A stretch of 38,957 bases of DNA, taken from Planctomycetes bacterium UBA1146. Lineage in GTDB: Bacteria > Planctomycetota > UBA8108 > UBA1146. This document shows positions 18,342 through 27,654 of this stretch, piece after piece. A program made the translations under genes and the position numbers. The stretch lies in NCBI GenBank assembly GCA_963854815.1, contig CAWLAN010000003.1, positions 1 to 38,957 on the forward strand. The letters are read 5' to 3'. The notes under the pieces were generated by a model. That model had not been told where the DNA came from. It did no database searches and was given only the letters and a program-made list of their open reading frames with translations. Each line of letters starts with the position of its first letter. The stretch's first letter is position 1.

Positions 18342-21300
18342 ATGCCCACTTCCATGCCGTCCACCTTGCTGTCTCTACGTTCCTGGGGTTCGCTCCTGCG
18401 CGGTCTGGAATCGATATCTGCACTGATCGAAACGGCAGCCAAACAGGGCTGGCACTGTGTTGCGGTGGCGGAGTACGCCGACCTGGGCACCATCGTCGAA
18501 GCGGCGAACGCCGGAACACGAACCCGGATGAAGGTCATCGGCGCCGCCGAGATCGATGACGGTCGTGGAAGTTCCATCGTCGCCATCGCTCGCGACAACG
18601 CAGGTCTCGAGCAGTTACATCAACTGGTGAGTCTACGTCGACTCGCAGGCACTGAAGAAAGTGCCGCCAGCCGGTCCGACAGCCTGAACGATTTCGATCT
18701 GATCGAGGCACTCAGCAGCGGATACCGGTCGCTGTGGATCCTGGTCCGATCTCCCCGACTGGCACGGGAACTGCTCGATCGTCTCGATCCCGGTGCCCGT
18801 CATCGAATCTTCATCGAAATCGATCGCCTTCGAGACTCCATCGCACGAGAGCGTCGTGGCCGCGAGGCCGCTGACCAGCTCGGACTCGAAATCGTTGCAT
18901 CGACCCGGGTCGGTATGCTGCAACCGACCCTCGATCGTCACCTGAATCTTCTCGAATCCGTGCGTTGCGTCTCGACCATCGAACGCATCGCCCGTGACCG
19001 CCACGACAACACCGACCCCGACATCTCTCCGATTCTCACTCCCGTCCCATCACCGGGTCGCTGGCGCCAACTGTACCGCGACCTGCCGGATGCGCTGGGA
19101 AACGCCGCACGGATCGGCAAGGATGCGATAAGAATCGACTTCACCGACAAACCCACCATCTTCCCGCCCTTTCCGGTGCCCGCGGGCCAGACTCCTTTCG
19201 GACTGCTGTACGAACAGTGCCATCGCGGATTGCTGCGTCGCTACGGCAGTATTACTCGGGCCGCGGTGGAGCGACTCACCCGCGAATTGCATGTCATCGA
19301 CACGATGGGGTTCGTCCCCTACTTCCTGGTGGTCGCAGACATCGTCGCCGAGGCCTACCGCCTCGGCATCGAATGTGCCGGACGCGGATCAGGAGCCGCC
19401 TCCATCGTCTCCTATGCCCTCGGAATCACCCAGGTCGACCCGCTCGCACACCGTCTGCGCTTCGAACGATTCCTGCACCCACAACGAAAAGATCTCCCCG
19501 ATATCGACATCGATCTGTGCTGGCAGGGGCGTGACGCTGTCATCGATCACGTTTATCGTCGCTACGGAACCGACCGGACCGCGATGATCTGCACCCGAAC
19601 CTCGCTCCAGGTGCGCTCGGCTCTTCGGGAAGCCGCCCGTGCTCACGGTCTGGCTCCCATCGATGTCGACCGGATCTCCCGTCGCCTACCCCATCGATCG
19701 GAACAAACGATTCCCCGGTTACTGGCAGAAGATTCTGCCCTCGCCTCCGTCAGTCTCCCGGCCACCGCTCGACAGCAGTTGCTCGAAGATGCCGAATGGC
19801 TCCGAGGCCATCCGCACCATCGCTCGATTCACCCGGGTGGCATCTGCATCTGCGACCGTCCCATCCAGCGCATCGCCTCTCTCGAACGAACCACCAAGGG
19901 TATCGTCGTCACTCAACTCGACATGTATTCCATCGAACAGACAGGACTCATCAAGATCGACCTGCTCGGCAACCGCTGCGTCTCGGAGATCGGCACGGTG
20001 CGCGATCTGGTCGAGCAAAGAAGCGGCAAGCGGCCGCAGATCGAGGCCATTCCCGAGCAGTGCGAGAAGACCGCCAAACTACTGTGCCGGGGAGAGACCC
20101 TCGGCTGTTTCCAGCTGGAAAGTCCCGCGATGCGATCGCTGTTGGTGCAGATGCAGGCTCGAACTGCCCGGGACACCATCCAGGCGATCGCGCTGATTCG
20201 ACCGGGACCCGCCTCCGGAGGTCTGAAGGAATCCTTCTGTCGCCGCATCCGGGGTCAGGAACACCCCACCCCCCCTCATCCTTGCCTTGCCGAACTACTG
20301 GGCGACCAGCAGGGACTGCTTCTCTACGAGGAGAACGTGATGGAGACGATCGCCCTCGTCACCGGCAGCAGTCTCGCCGAGGGAGATCTGGTGCGACGCG
20401 CTCTCTTGCAAGCCATCGGTTCCAACGACCAGGAAAAACTGAAAAGACTCGGCGATGAATTCATCGCAGCTGGTATCGGCAACAATTTCGGAGCCACCGA
20501 TGCCCGCCAGTTGTGGCAATACCTGCAACGCTTCGGTCGCTACTGCTTCAACAAGTCTCACTCTGCCTCTTACGGTCTTCTCGCCTGGCGTAGCGCGTGG
20601 CTCAAAGCTCACTACCCGGCCGAGTTCTTCTGTGCGTTGTTTCGTCATCACGCCGGCATGTATCCCTTCTCTGCTCTCGTCGCCGAGGCGAGGAGAGCTG
20701 GCATATCTCTGCGACCTCCTTGTATCCAGCGATCTGCCTCGACCTTCATCCTGGAAAGAGACGGATCGATCCGGATGCCGCTGGCGATGATCCGTGGATC
20801 GCGCCAGGCGAGCATCGATTCCGTGTTCGCCATGCGCCCCTTCGATTCTCCGGAGGACCTGATGCGACGTGCCAGGATTTCTCGCTCGGAACTCGAGGAG
20901 TGGATCCTCGCCGGTGCCCTCGACCAGTTCTCGATACCACGACCCCGGCTGCTGTGGCGCGTACGCACACGTCATCGACAGGAAGCCGCAACGACCCGTA
21001 CCACCGAAAACAGCGCCCCCGATCTGGCTGGAGTCGTCGACGAGGGGCCCCACCTCGACCAGTTTTCGCGCCGAAAGATCATCGAACAAGAAATCCGGCT
21101 GCTCGGAGCCGGTATCAGCGGCCACCCGATGAGTTTTCATCAAGATCTGCGGCGCCGACTCGGTTGCTTACCACTGGCAGAGATACCGCATCACGGTGCT
21201 TGCACGGTGCGAATCGCCGGCCTGCGGATCGCCTCACGTCATCACCGCACCGATCGGGGTCCGATGGGTTTCATCACCCTGGAGGACGAACAGGGAATCT

Positions 21301-21467
21301 GCGAGGTGACCTGTTTCTCGAACATCTGGGCACGGGTTCGCCGGCTACTTCTCGATCACTCCGGCCCACTGCTCATCGAGGGGAAGGTGGAGAATCGTCT
21401 CGGAGCGTTCTCCGTGATCGCCAGACGGGTGAGGCCACTGGTCAGCGAAACAACTGCAACCGAGTGA
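18342..21467 (+). CDS. dnaE2: Error-prone DNA polymerase III alpha subunit (DnaE2/ImuC-type)
   Basis: GRGSGAAS, FERFL, PDIDID, HPGG, KIDLLG, GCFQLESP and FNKSH motifs; degenerate PHP domain; C-terminal OB fold (FITLEDEQG); about 1040 aa. Start uncertain (18333, 18342 or 18354). Confidence 0.88.
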   Translation: MPTSMPSTLLSLRSWGSLLRGLESISALIETAAKQGWHCVAVAEYADLGTIVEAANAGTRTRMKVIGAAEIDDGRGSSIVAIARDNAGLEQLHQLVSLRRLAGTEESAASRSDSLNDFDLIEALSSGYRSLWILVRSPRLARELLDRLDPGARHRIFIEIDRLRDSIARERRGREAADQLGLEIVASTRVGMLQPTLDRHLNLLESVRCVSTIERIARDRHDNTDPDISPILTPVPSPGRWRQLYRDLPDALGNAARIGKDAIRIDFTDKPTIFPPFPVPAGQTPFGLLYEQCHRGLLRRYGSITRAAVERLTRELHVIDTMGFVPYFLVVADIVAEAYRLGIECAGRGSGAASIVSYALGITQVDPLAHRLRFERFLHPQRKDLPDIDIDLCWQGRDAVIDHVYRRYGTDRTAMICTRTSLQVRSALREAARAHGLAPIDVDRISRRLPHRSEQTIPRLLAEDSALASVSLPATARQQLLEDAEWLRGHPHHRSIHPGGICICDRPIQRIASLERTTKGIVVTQLDMYSIEQTGLIKIDLLGNRCVSEIGTVRDLVEQRSGKRPQIEAIPEQCEKTAKLLCRGETLGCFQLESPAMRSLLVQMQARTARDTIQAIALIRPGPASGGLKESFCRRIRGQEHPTPPHPCLAELLGDQQGLLLYEENVMETIALVTGSSLAEGDLVRRALLQAIGSNDQEKLKRLGDEFIAAGIGNNFGATDARQLWQYLQRFGRYCFNKSHSASYGLLAWRSAWLKAHYPAEFFCALFRHHAGMYPFSALVAEARRAGISLRPPCIQRSASTFILERDGSIRMPLAMIRGSRQASIDSVFAMRPFDSPEDLMRRARISRSELEEWILAGALDQFSIPRPRLLWRVRTRHRQEAATTRTTENSAPDLAGVVDEGPHLDQFSRRKIIEQEIRLLGAGISGHPMSFHQDLRRRLGCLPLAEIPHHGACTVRIAGLRIASRHHRTDRGPMGFITLEDEQGICEVTCFSNIWARVRRLLLDHSGPLLIEGKVENRLGAFSVIARRVRPLVSETTATE

Positions 21468-22646
21468 TCAGTAGAGGAGGATGTCGGAACGAAGAGCGAG
21501 GAAGTGGTCACGTTCCGGGTTACGTGCCTCGATGATGTCCCTTGCCGTGGCCCCTGCCGCAAGACCTTCGCGTAAATCACTACCACCCCACAGCAAGTCG
21601 ATGGCGATCGGCTCGCGAACGAACTCGTAGGGTTCGGTACGCCAGTCAAAATGTTCACCACCGATGACCTGCAACTGCTGAAGCAACATCACACCCAGCA
21701 GCAGTGCATCGAGGTGATGCGGTTGGGTGATATGCACCTCGATGCCACCACAGAGTTGACCCTCGAACTTGTGAAAGGTCGGAGTGAAATGAACCGGACG
21801 AAATAACACACCATCTAACCCCACCTCACTGGTAGCTCGATTGGCGGCAATGGCGAGTGTGTTGCCATCGAGCCACGGCGCTCCGATCTGATGGAACGGC
21901 CGAGTCGTGCCCCGACCCTCAGAGAGGTTCGTCCCCTCGAGTAGGCACATTCCCGGGTAGATCAGCGCAGTCTCGGCGGTCGGCATGTTCGGCGATGGTG
22001 CCACCCAGGGTATTCCCGTTTCCGCATGCAGCATCTGGCGCTGCCAGCCACGACAGCCGATCACCTCCAGATCGACATCGATCCCCACCACTTCGAGAAG
22101 GAAACGTGCGATCTCCCCCATCGTCATGCCATGGCGGATGGAGACCGGTAACGCGCCGACAAAGCTCTCGAAGCCAGGCTGTACCGTCCCCCCCTCCACC
22201 GCGACACCACCGATGGGACAGGGCCGATCGAGCACCATGACACGGGTGCCGGTAACCGCCGCCACCTCGAGGATGTAGCGCAGCGTCGCGGCGTAGGTGT
22301 AGTAACGGGTACCGATGTCCTGAATATCGAAGATGAGCACATCCAGATCCTCCAACTGTGACCGATCAGGTCGCACAGAGGTCTCATCCGAACCGTACAG
22401 GCTCACCACTTCCGATCGGCAGGAAACCACTGCTTCCATATCCTGGACGCTGGCGTCGATACCGTGTTCCGGTGCGAACAAACGCACCACCTCGATGCTC
22501 GCATCTGCGAGTAAACACGACAGGTGTCTGAGGCGATCATCGACGGCAGTAGGGTTGCAGCAGAGACCGACCCGGCAGCCACGAAGGGTGGCGATCCGAT
22601 CATCTCGGAAGCGATCGATGCCGCAGGAAACTTTTCTCTCAGCCAT
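21468..22646 (-). CDS. namZ: Exo-beta-N-acetylmuramidase NamZ family (DUF1343)
   Basis: LFAPEHG, SLYG, FDIQDIGTRYYTY, RHGMTMGE, PSPNMP and EGTNLSEGRGTTRPF motifs. Confidence 0.9.
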   Translation of the reverse strand: MAERKVSCGIDRFRDDRIATLRGCRVGLCCNPTAVDDRLRHLSCLLADASIEVVRLFAPEHGIDASVQDMEAVVSCRSEVVSLYGSDETSVRPDRSQLEDLDVLIFDIQDIGTRYYTYAATLRYILEVAAVTGTRVMVLDRPCPIGGVAVEGGTVQPGFESFVGALPVSIRHGMTMGEIARFLLEVVGIDVDLEVIGCRGWQRQMLHAETGIPWVAPSPNMPTAETALIYPGMCLLEGTNLSEGRGTTRPFHQIGAPWLDGNTLAIAANRATSEVGLDGVLFRPVHFTPTFHKFEGQLCGGIEVHITQPHHLDALLLGVMLLQQLQVIGGEHFDWRTEPYEFVREPIAIDLLWGGSDLREGLAAGATARDIIEARNPERDHFLALRSDILLY

Positions 22647-22972
22647 CAAGATACTGGCTTCTCACTGCCGTCCTTGAATCCTGTCAGCATCAGATAGATT
22701 CCGGTGACCAGCAGCACAAAGCCCGTGATTCCGAAGCCGATGGTGATCTTGTTCAACATCGCGGCCAAGTCCGCCGGCCTCTTAGCACCCGGAGACTCGA
22801 GATCGAACCCCGACCCGAACTCGAGCAACACGCGGGTCGGCAGCGACAGCACAGCTGGATCAGGGCTGCTGGCAGAGGATGCTATCTCCGTCAACTCGGA
22901 GTACCCCTGGACAAGGAATATCAGCAGCAGCAATCCGACCAGCAGCAGCAACAGACCGGCAATTTTCCTCAT
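22646..22972 (-). CDS. Small two-TM hypothetical membrane protein
   Basis: 108 aa with hydrophobic N- and C-terminal segments; tightly packed between the RLP gene and namZ. Confidence 0.7.
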   Translation of the reverse strand: MRKIAGLLLLLVGLLLLIFLVQGYSELTEIASSASSPDPAVLSLPTRVLLEFGSGFDLESPGAKRPADLAAMLNKITIGFGITGFVLLVTGIYLMLTGFKDGSEKPVS

Positions 22973-22975
22973 CTC

Positions 22976-24154
22976 TCAGCTTCCTTTCGGGCGGGTGAAT
23001 CTGTCTCGAACCAGTTCCAGGATGGAAACTGTCGCCTCCTCGACCCCCTTCTCATCGGCAAGCAATGCGCCGCCGATCAGCAGCATCGTATCGGACCCGA
23101 AGTCCTCGATCATCTCGGGGATCCTGTCGAGGCTCATGCCTCCGGCAGGAATCGCCCAACCCGGGGCGATGTGCCCCAGCGGTGCTCGCAGTTGCTCGGC
23201 GATCTGTCTTCCTTGCTCGCGGGTGGTAGAGAAGCGGCCTCCGGCGTTGACGAACACCGAGCCATCGAGCCCTGCCAATCGGGCCAGCGTACCATGCACG
23301 ATCGGCAGCGAGATGCCCCCGTCACGGTGAGCCGTCAGGACGCCGCTCATCGAGGGGTGCCCGATATGGACTCCTGGCCAGCGGGAAGTCAGCTCCCGAA
23401 CGCGGTCGAGACCGATGACCCAGGGTGCCATCAGAGCTCCATCGGCACCGGCTTCCAGTGCCACCTCCAGCCGCGCATCGAGTTCTTCGGCGGGAGCCAT
23501 CAGGTTGACCAGGTACAATACATGCCGATCTCCCTCGGTCTCTCTCACCGCCGCCGTGCAACGTTCGATTCGATCGCGAAAAGAAGCGAGGTCATCATCG
23601 AGCAGGTTGTGGTCGTCCTTGATCAGATCTCCGCCACCGGCAATGAAATCTCGACACACCTTGACCAGATCGGCCAGCGGAGCTCCCCTCGGCTTGAGGG
23701 CGGTCGCGACCAGCGGACGATCGTGAACTCCGGTGAGTTCTCTCACTCCGGAGATGCCGTGATTCGGTCCCGGGAAACCTCGCAGAACATCATCCGGGAG
23801 CCGCAGGCCGATGAGACGTACCCCCGGCATCATCGAACAGTTCCCCAGCAACAGATTGAGCCAGCGGGTCAGATCGGAGCCGGCCAGTTCCCCGGCGAAG
23901 GAGAGGGTCAACTGCTGGAGTCCAGGGGAGATCTCGTGCAGATCCTCGACCTTGGCGACGATCTCGCTCTCGATCCCCGGGTGGCGAGAGATGAGGGATT
24001 CCGGAACTTCTACCGTCAATTCGACGGCGATGGATCGTGCCATTGCAACAGAGCCATCTGTTGCAGACAGCACCCGATAGGTCGCTTCGATCCGTTCCAA
24101 GGTCACCTCTTCGAACCCGAATTTTCGTGAAGATCCCGGATCTCTCGCCCTCAT
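22976..24154 (-). CDS. RuBisCO-like protein (form IV), resembling the DeepYkr-type methylthioribulose-1-phosphate isomerase
   Basis: ALKPRG, GGDLIKDDH, HPSMSG, NAGGRF, PAGGM and LLIGGALL motifs; KDDH replaces the KDDE of true RuBisCO. Start may be GTG 24106 or TTG 24100. Confidence 0.88.
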   Translation of the reverse strand: MRARDPGSSRKFGFEEVTLERIEATYRVLSATDGSVAMARSIAVELTVEVPESLISRHPGIESEIVAKVEDLHEISPGLQQLTLSFAGELAGSDLTRWLNLLLGNCSMMPGVRLIGLRLPDDVLRGFPGPNHGISGVRELTGVHDRPLVATALKPRGAPLADLVKVCRDFIAGGGDLIKDDHNLLDDDLASFRDRIERCTAAVRETEGDRHVLYLVNLMAPAEELDARLEVALEAGADGALMAPWVIGLDRVRELTSRWPGVHIGHPSMSGVLTAHRDGGISLPIVHGTLARLAGLDGSVFVNAGGRFSTTREQGRQIAEQLRAPLGHIAPGWAIPAGGMSLDRIPEMIEDFGSDTMLLIGGALLADEKGVEEATVSILELVRDRFTRPKGS

Positions 24155-24275
24155 TGTCGGGTTCGCGGTATTCTGTCGGGGGCGAGAGTCAGTCGCTACC
24201 GATTACCGTCGGCCACTCTCGTGACAACGGGGACCCTGATCGGGGCTCGTGCCGATCCTGGACGGGAGTGTCTAG

Positions 24276-25310
24276 ATGAGCATTCGCGTAGGATTGATGG
24301 GCTTCGGTCGCATCGGTCGCAACGTATTTCGTGCCATCTACGGGCGAGATGATATCGAAATCGTGGCCATCAATGAACTGGCCGATATCGAGTCGATGGT
24401 TTACCTGCTGCGATTCGATTCGCTGCGGGGCCCCTTCGAGGAACCGATCCGCATCCTCGATGACGCCATCTACGCCAAGGGACGTCAGATACCCGTCATG
24501 CACCACCGCGAACCGGGGCAGATTCCCTGGTACGAGTATGGCGTCGACGTGGTCGTGGAAGCGACCGGAAAGTATCGCGCTCGTAACGACCTCGAAAAGC
24601 ACCTCGAACAGGGTGCCAACCGGGTCATCCTCACCACACCCCCCACCGACGATGTTGACCACCTGCATATCCGAGGAGTCACTCCCGACGAGGTGGACCG
24701 ATCGAACCGGATCATTTCGTGCGGATCGTCGACGGCGAATGCCACCGCACTGCTGGTCAAGGTGATCGATGACACCTTCGGAGTGGAGGAGGGCTCCTTC
24801 ACCTCGGTACACGCCTACACCGCCGACCAGAGTCTGACCGATGTTCCCACTTCGGGGGACCTGCGTAGATCCCGAGCCGCGATGCAGAACATCGTTCCCC
24901 AGACCACCTGGACCGATGAAGCCATCGAGGAACTGTTCCCGCACCTACGCGGTCGATTCAAGGGATTGAAACTGAACGTTCCCGTACCCGGTGTCTCCTG
25001 CAGTGACCTCACGGTTCAGACCAAAAGAACGGTCACCGCTGGCGAGGTGAATGAGGTGTTCCGCAGTGCTGCCGACAGCATCCACGATGGAATCCTCTCC
25101 TTCACCGATCAGCCCATCGTCTCCAGCGACATCGCAGGCAGCTCCGCATCGTGTGTTTTCGACAGTCTCGCCACCCTGGTCACCGACGACATCCTGCTGA
25201 AGGTGATCGGCTGGTACGAACAGGGAGGAGGGATCTCTCACCGGATCGTCGAACTGGCCACCCGGTTGGGACCGAAAGCCTCTAGCGGTGGGGAGAGGAA
25301 AAACCGATGA
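24276..25310 (+). CDS. GAPDH-family paralogue lacking the catalytic cysteine
   Basis: GFGRIGR, EATG, VHAYTADQ and DLRRSRAA are present, but the active site reads SCGSSTANA instead of SNASCTTNC, and WYEQG replaces WYDNE. Confidence 0.88.
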   Translation: MSIRVGLMGFGRIGRNVFRAIYGRDDIEIVAINELADIESMVYLLRFDSLRGPFEEPIRILDDAIYAKGRQIPVMHHREPGQIPWYEYGVDVVVEATGKYRARNDLEKHLEQGANRVILTTPPTDDVDHLHIRGVTPDEVDRSNRIISCGSSTANATALLVKVIDDTFGVEEGSFTSVHAYTADQSLTDVPTSGDLRRSRAAMQNIVPQTTWTDEAIEELFPHLRGRFKGLKLNVPVPGVSCSDLTVQTKRTVTAGEVNEVFRSAADSIHDGILSFTDQPIVSSDIAGSSASCVFDSLATLVTDDILLKVIGWYEQGGGISHRIVELATRLGPKASSGGERKNR

Positions 25311-26299
25311 AAGTTGCCATTAACGGTTTCGGACGCATCGGCCGCAGCGTGTTCCGGATCCTGACGGGACGCGATGACATCAATGTCGTCGCCATCAATG
25401 ACATCTCCGATCCTCACTCGCTGGCCTACTTACTGCGTTACGACTCCGTGATGGGGCCGTTCCCCGAACCGGTAACCCTTGACTCACTTACTCTCAGTGC
25501 AGGACGACAAAGTTGCCAGATGCTGGCCGAGAAGGATCCACAACAACTACCCTGGGAAGAACTGTCAGTTGATGTCGTCATCGAATCGACCGGCAGATTC
25601 CGAACTCGCGCTGAACTCGACATGCACCTCCAGGCCGGAGCGGGGAAAGTCATCCTTACGGTACCACCCAAAGATTCCGTCGACGCCCTGGTGGTGCTCG
25701 GTGTCAATGATGAGATCCTGGAGCCGAGCCATCGGATCATCTCAAATGCCTCCTGCACGACCAACTGTCTGGCTCCGCTGGTCAAGGTACTCGACGATTC
25801 TTTCGGACTGGTGCGTGGAGTGATGACCACGGTACACGCCTACACCAACGACCAGAGCCTGGCGGACTGGTATCACCAGGATCTGCGCCGATCTCGTGCA
25901 GCCGGGGAAAACACCATTCCCACCACGACCGGTGCCGCCCGCGCCGTCGGCGAGGTACTCCCTCAACTGGCCGGAAAACTGGACGGGATGGCGATGCGGG
26001 TTCCCGTCATCGACGGATCCGTGGTCGATCTGGTCGCCACCCTCGAGAAACCGGTCACCGTCGAGGACATCAACTCGGTGATGAAGGATAGTGCCGAGGG
26101 CCCGATGAAGGGAATCCTCGAGTATTGCACCGACCCGGTCGTCTCCTCCGATATCATCGGCAATCCCCATTCATCGATCTTCGACTCCCTGTTGACGATG
26201 ACGATCGGCACTCACGGTGCCAAGGTGCTGTCCTGGTACGACAACGAATGGGGATACTCGAGCCGGGTGGTGGATCTGATCGACCGGCTGCGGGACTGA
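25307..26299 (+). CDS. gap: Type I glyceraldehyde-3-phosphate dehydrogenase
   Basis: INGFGRIGR, SNASCTTNCLAP, TTTGAA and WYDNEWGYS motifs are all intact. Confidence 0.96.
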   Translation: MKVAINGFGRIGRSVFRILTGRDDINVVAINDISDPHSLAYLLRYDSVMGPFPEPVTLDSLTLSAGRQSCQMLAEKDPQQLPWEELSVDVVIESTGRFRTRAELDMHLQAGAGKVILTVPPKDSVDALVVLGVNDEILEPSHRIISNASCTTNCLAPLVKVLDDSFGLVRGVMTTVHAYTNDQSLADWYHQDLRRSRAAGENTIPTTTGAARAVGEVLPQLAGKLDGMAMRVPVIDGSVVDLVATLEKPVTVEDINSVMKDSAEGPMKGILEYCTDPVVSSDIIGNPHSSIFDSLLTMTIGTHGAKVLSWYDNEWGYSSRVVDLIDRLRD

Positions 26300-26318
26300 A
26301 GCGGGTGCATGAGAAACG

Positions 26319-26357
26319 AGAAGGGGCCCGGCGGGTGTTACCCGCCGGACCCCTTCT
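26319..26357. terminator. Probable bidirectional terminator hairpin between convergent genes
   Basis: AGAAGGGGCCCGGCGGGT-gtt-ACCCGCCGGACCCCTTCT; 17 of 18 positions pair. Confidence 0.7.
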
Positions 26358-26382
26358 TCACTGACCAGGCCTCGCCCCGGTT

Positions 26383-27378
26383 CTACAGGTACTTCTGAAT
26401 CTCTCCGAGGCGGATCTCTGCTTCACGCGCGGCTTCGGTACCGGAGTACCTCTTGGCCCTGGCAACGACGGCGTAGATCTTCGCCGCCTCCTCGTACTTG
26501 CCACGCTTTACCAGATCATGAGCCTCAGCCAGCATCTGTCCACCGGACATCTCGGCCTGAATCTTCTTGTCGCGCTTCCAGACCTTGAACTCCTTGTCGA
26601 ACTTCTTGGAGATGTCCATCCCCTTGAAGTCACGAATCCCTCGCTGAAGAGCTAACAGTCCCGTCTCGTACTGGCGCTTCTCCTTGAAGGTAGCGATGGC
26701 CGCGAACCGATCCTCGGAGAACTTGGTGATCTGTTCCATCGCTTCTCTGGCGGCATCCGCCACCGAAGCATCCTTGGCACGCTTGGCCTGCTTCTTCAGT
26801 TCACTGAAGGCCTTGCCGAACTGGCTCGCCTTGATGTACCTGGAGGCCTTGGACAGTTCCGACGGCAGGGAGATCTTCGGACCGACCCGCGCTCCGGCGA
26901 TGTGCTTCTCGATGATGGAGTTGTTCAGCCCTGCCGGGTGACCCTTCCAGACGATCTTCCCATTCGGTCCGACGAGCCAGGAATGCGGAATCCCGCGGGT
27001 CTTGTATTCGTTCGCACCGCCACCGTAGGCGATGGGGTACTTCATCTTGTTACGCTCGACGTAAGGCTTTGTCTTGGTTTCCGGTTCATCGGTGACCCCG
27101 ATGACGACCAGACCGCGCTCCCCGAACTCCTTATGAAGTTTGTTCAGGTGCGGGATCTGCCCTTTGCAAGGTCCTCACCATGTGGCCCATTTTTCGATCA
27201 GAATCAATTTTCCAGCGAGGGATTCCCAGGTCGTCGTTCCCTCGATGTTGATCCAGCCACCAGGCTTCATGGTAGGGGCAACATCCCCCACGGCAGAGCC
27301 TGCCAGGACCGGAAAACTCGCAAGCAAGCAGATGGCAACAATTGCCAGCCAACTGCGAGTTCGAACCTTGGTCAGCAT
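26383..27378 (-). CDS. Exported TlpA/ResA-like thiol-disulfide oxidoreductase, predicted selenoprotein (U68, UGPC motif), with a C-terminal helical/TPR-like domain
   Basis: ATG 27378 after GAAGGGAG; signal peptide; GKLILIEKWATW-TGA(27177-27175)-GPCKGQIPHLNKLHKEFGERGLVVIGV continues in frame into ORF 26383..27045 (GIPHSWLVGPNGKIVW). 331 aa when read through. Confidence 0.87.
27146..27174 (-). promoter_or_regulatory. Candidate bacterial SECIS hairpin of the TlpA-like gene
   Basis: mRNA after UGA reads GGACCU-UGC-aaa-GGG-[CAGAU]-CCC-GCA-CCU; the apical loop starts 16 nt after UGA. Weak, bulged stem, folded by eye. Confidence 0.45.
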
Positions 27379-27580
27379 TAGATTCTCCCTTCGAAACCGC
27401 CCCGGGCGGCTCCCGACATCCGTTGTCCTATTCTGATCTCGATCAGTACACAACGGAACGCCTCTTGGGGGTCCTTGCCCCTGTCGTGCCAAGTTATCGC
27501 GAACCGACCCGATCCGCAATATCATGGAAACGGTCCGGAAGGTGCCCCGGTTCCTTCAAAACCCCTGAACTCGCCGGGGG

Positions 27581-27609
27581 TTGCGGTTGAACGAGGAGGC
27601 TTCTAGCAT
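27581..27609 (+). promoter_or_regulatory. Putative sigma70 promoter for the first DUF1573-type gene
   Basis: TTGCGG-N17-TAGCAT. Confidence 0.4.
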
Positions 27610-27654
27610 CGATTTGTGATGTCGACCCGCCGATCAACAGGAATTGCCGCAACA

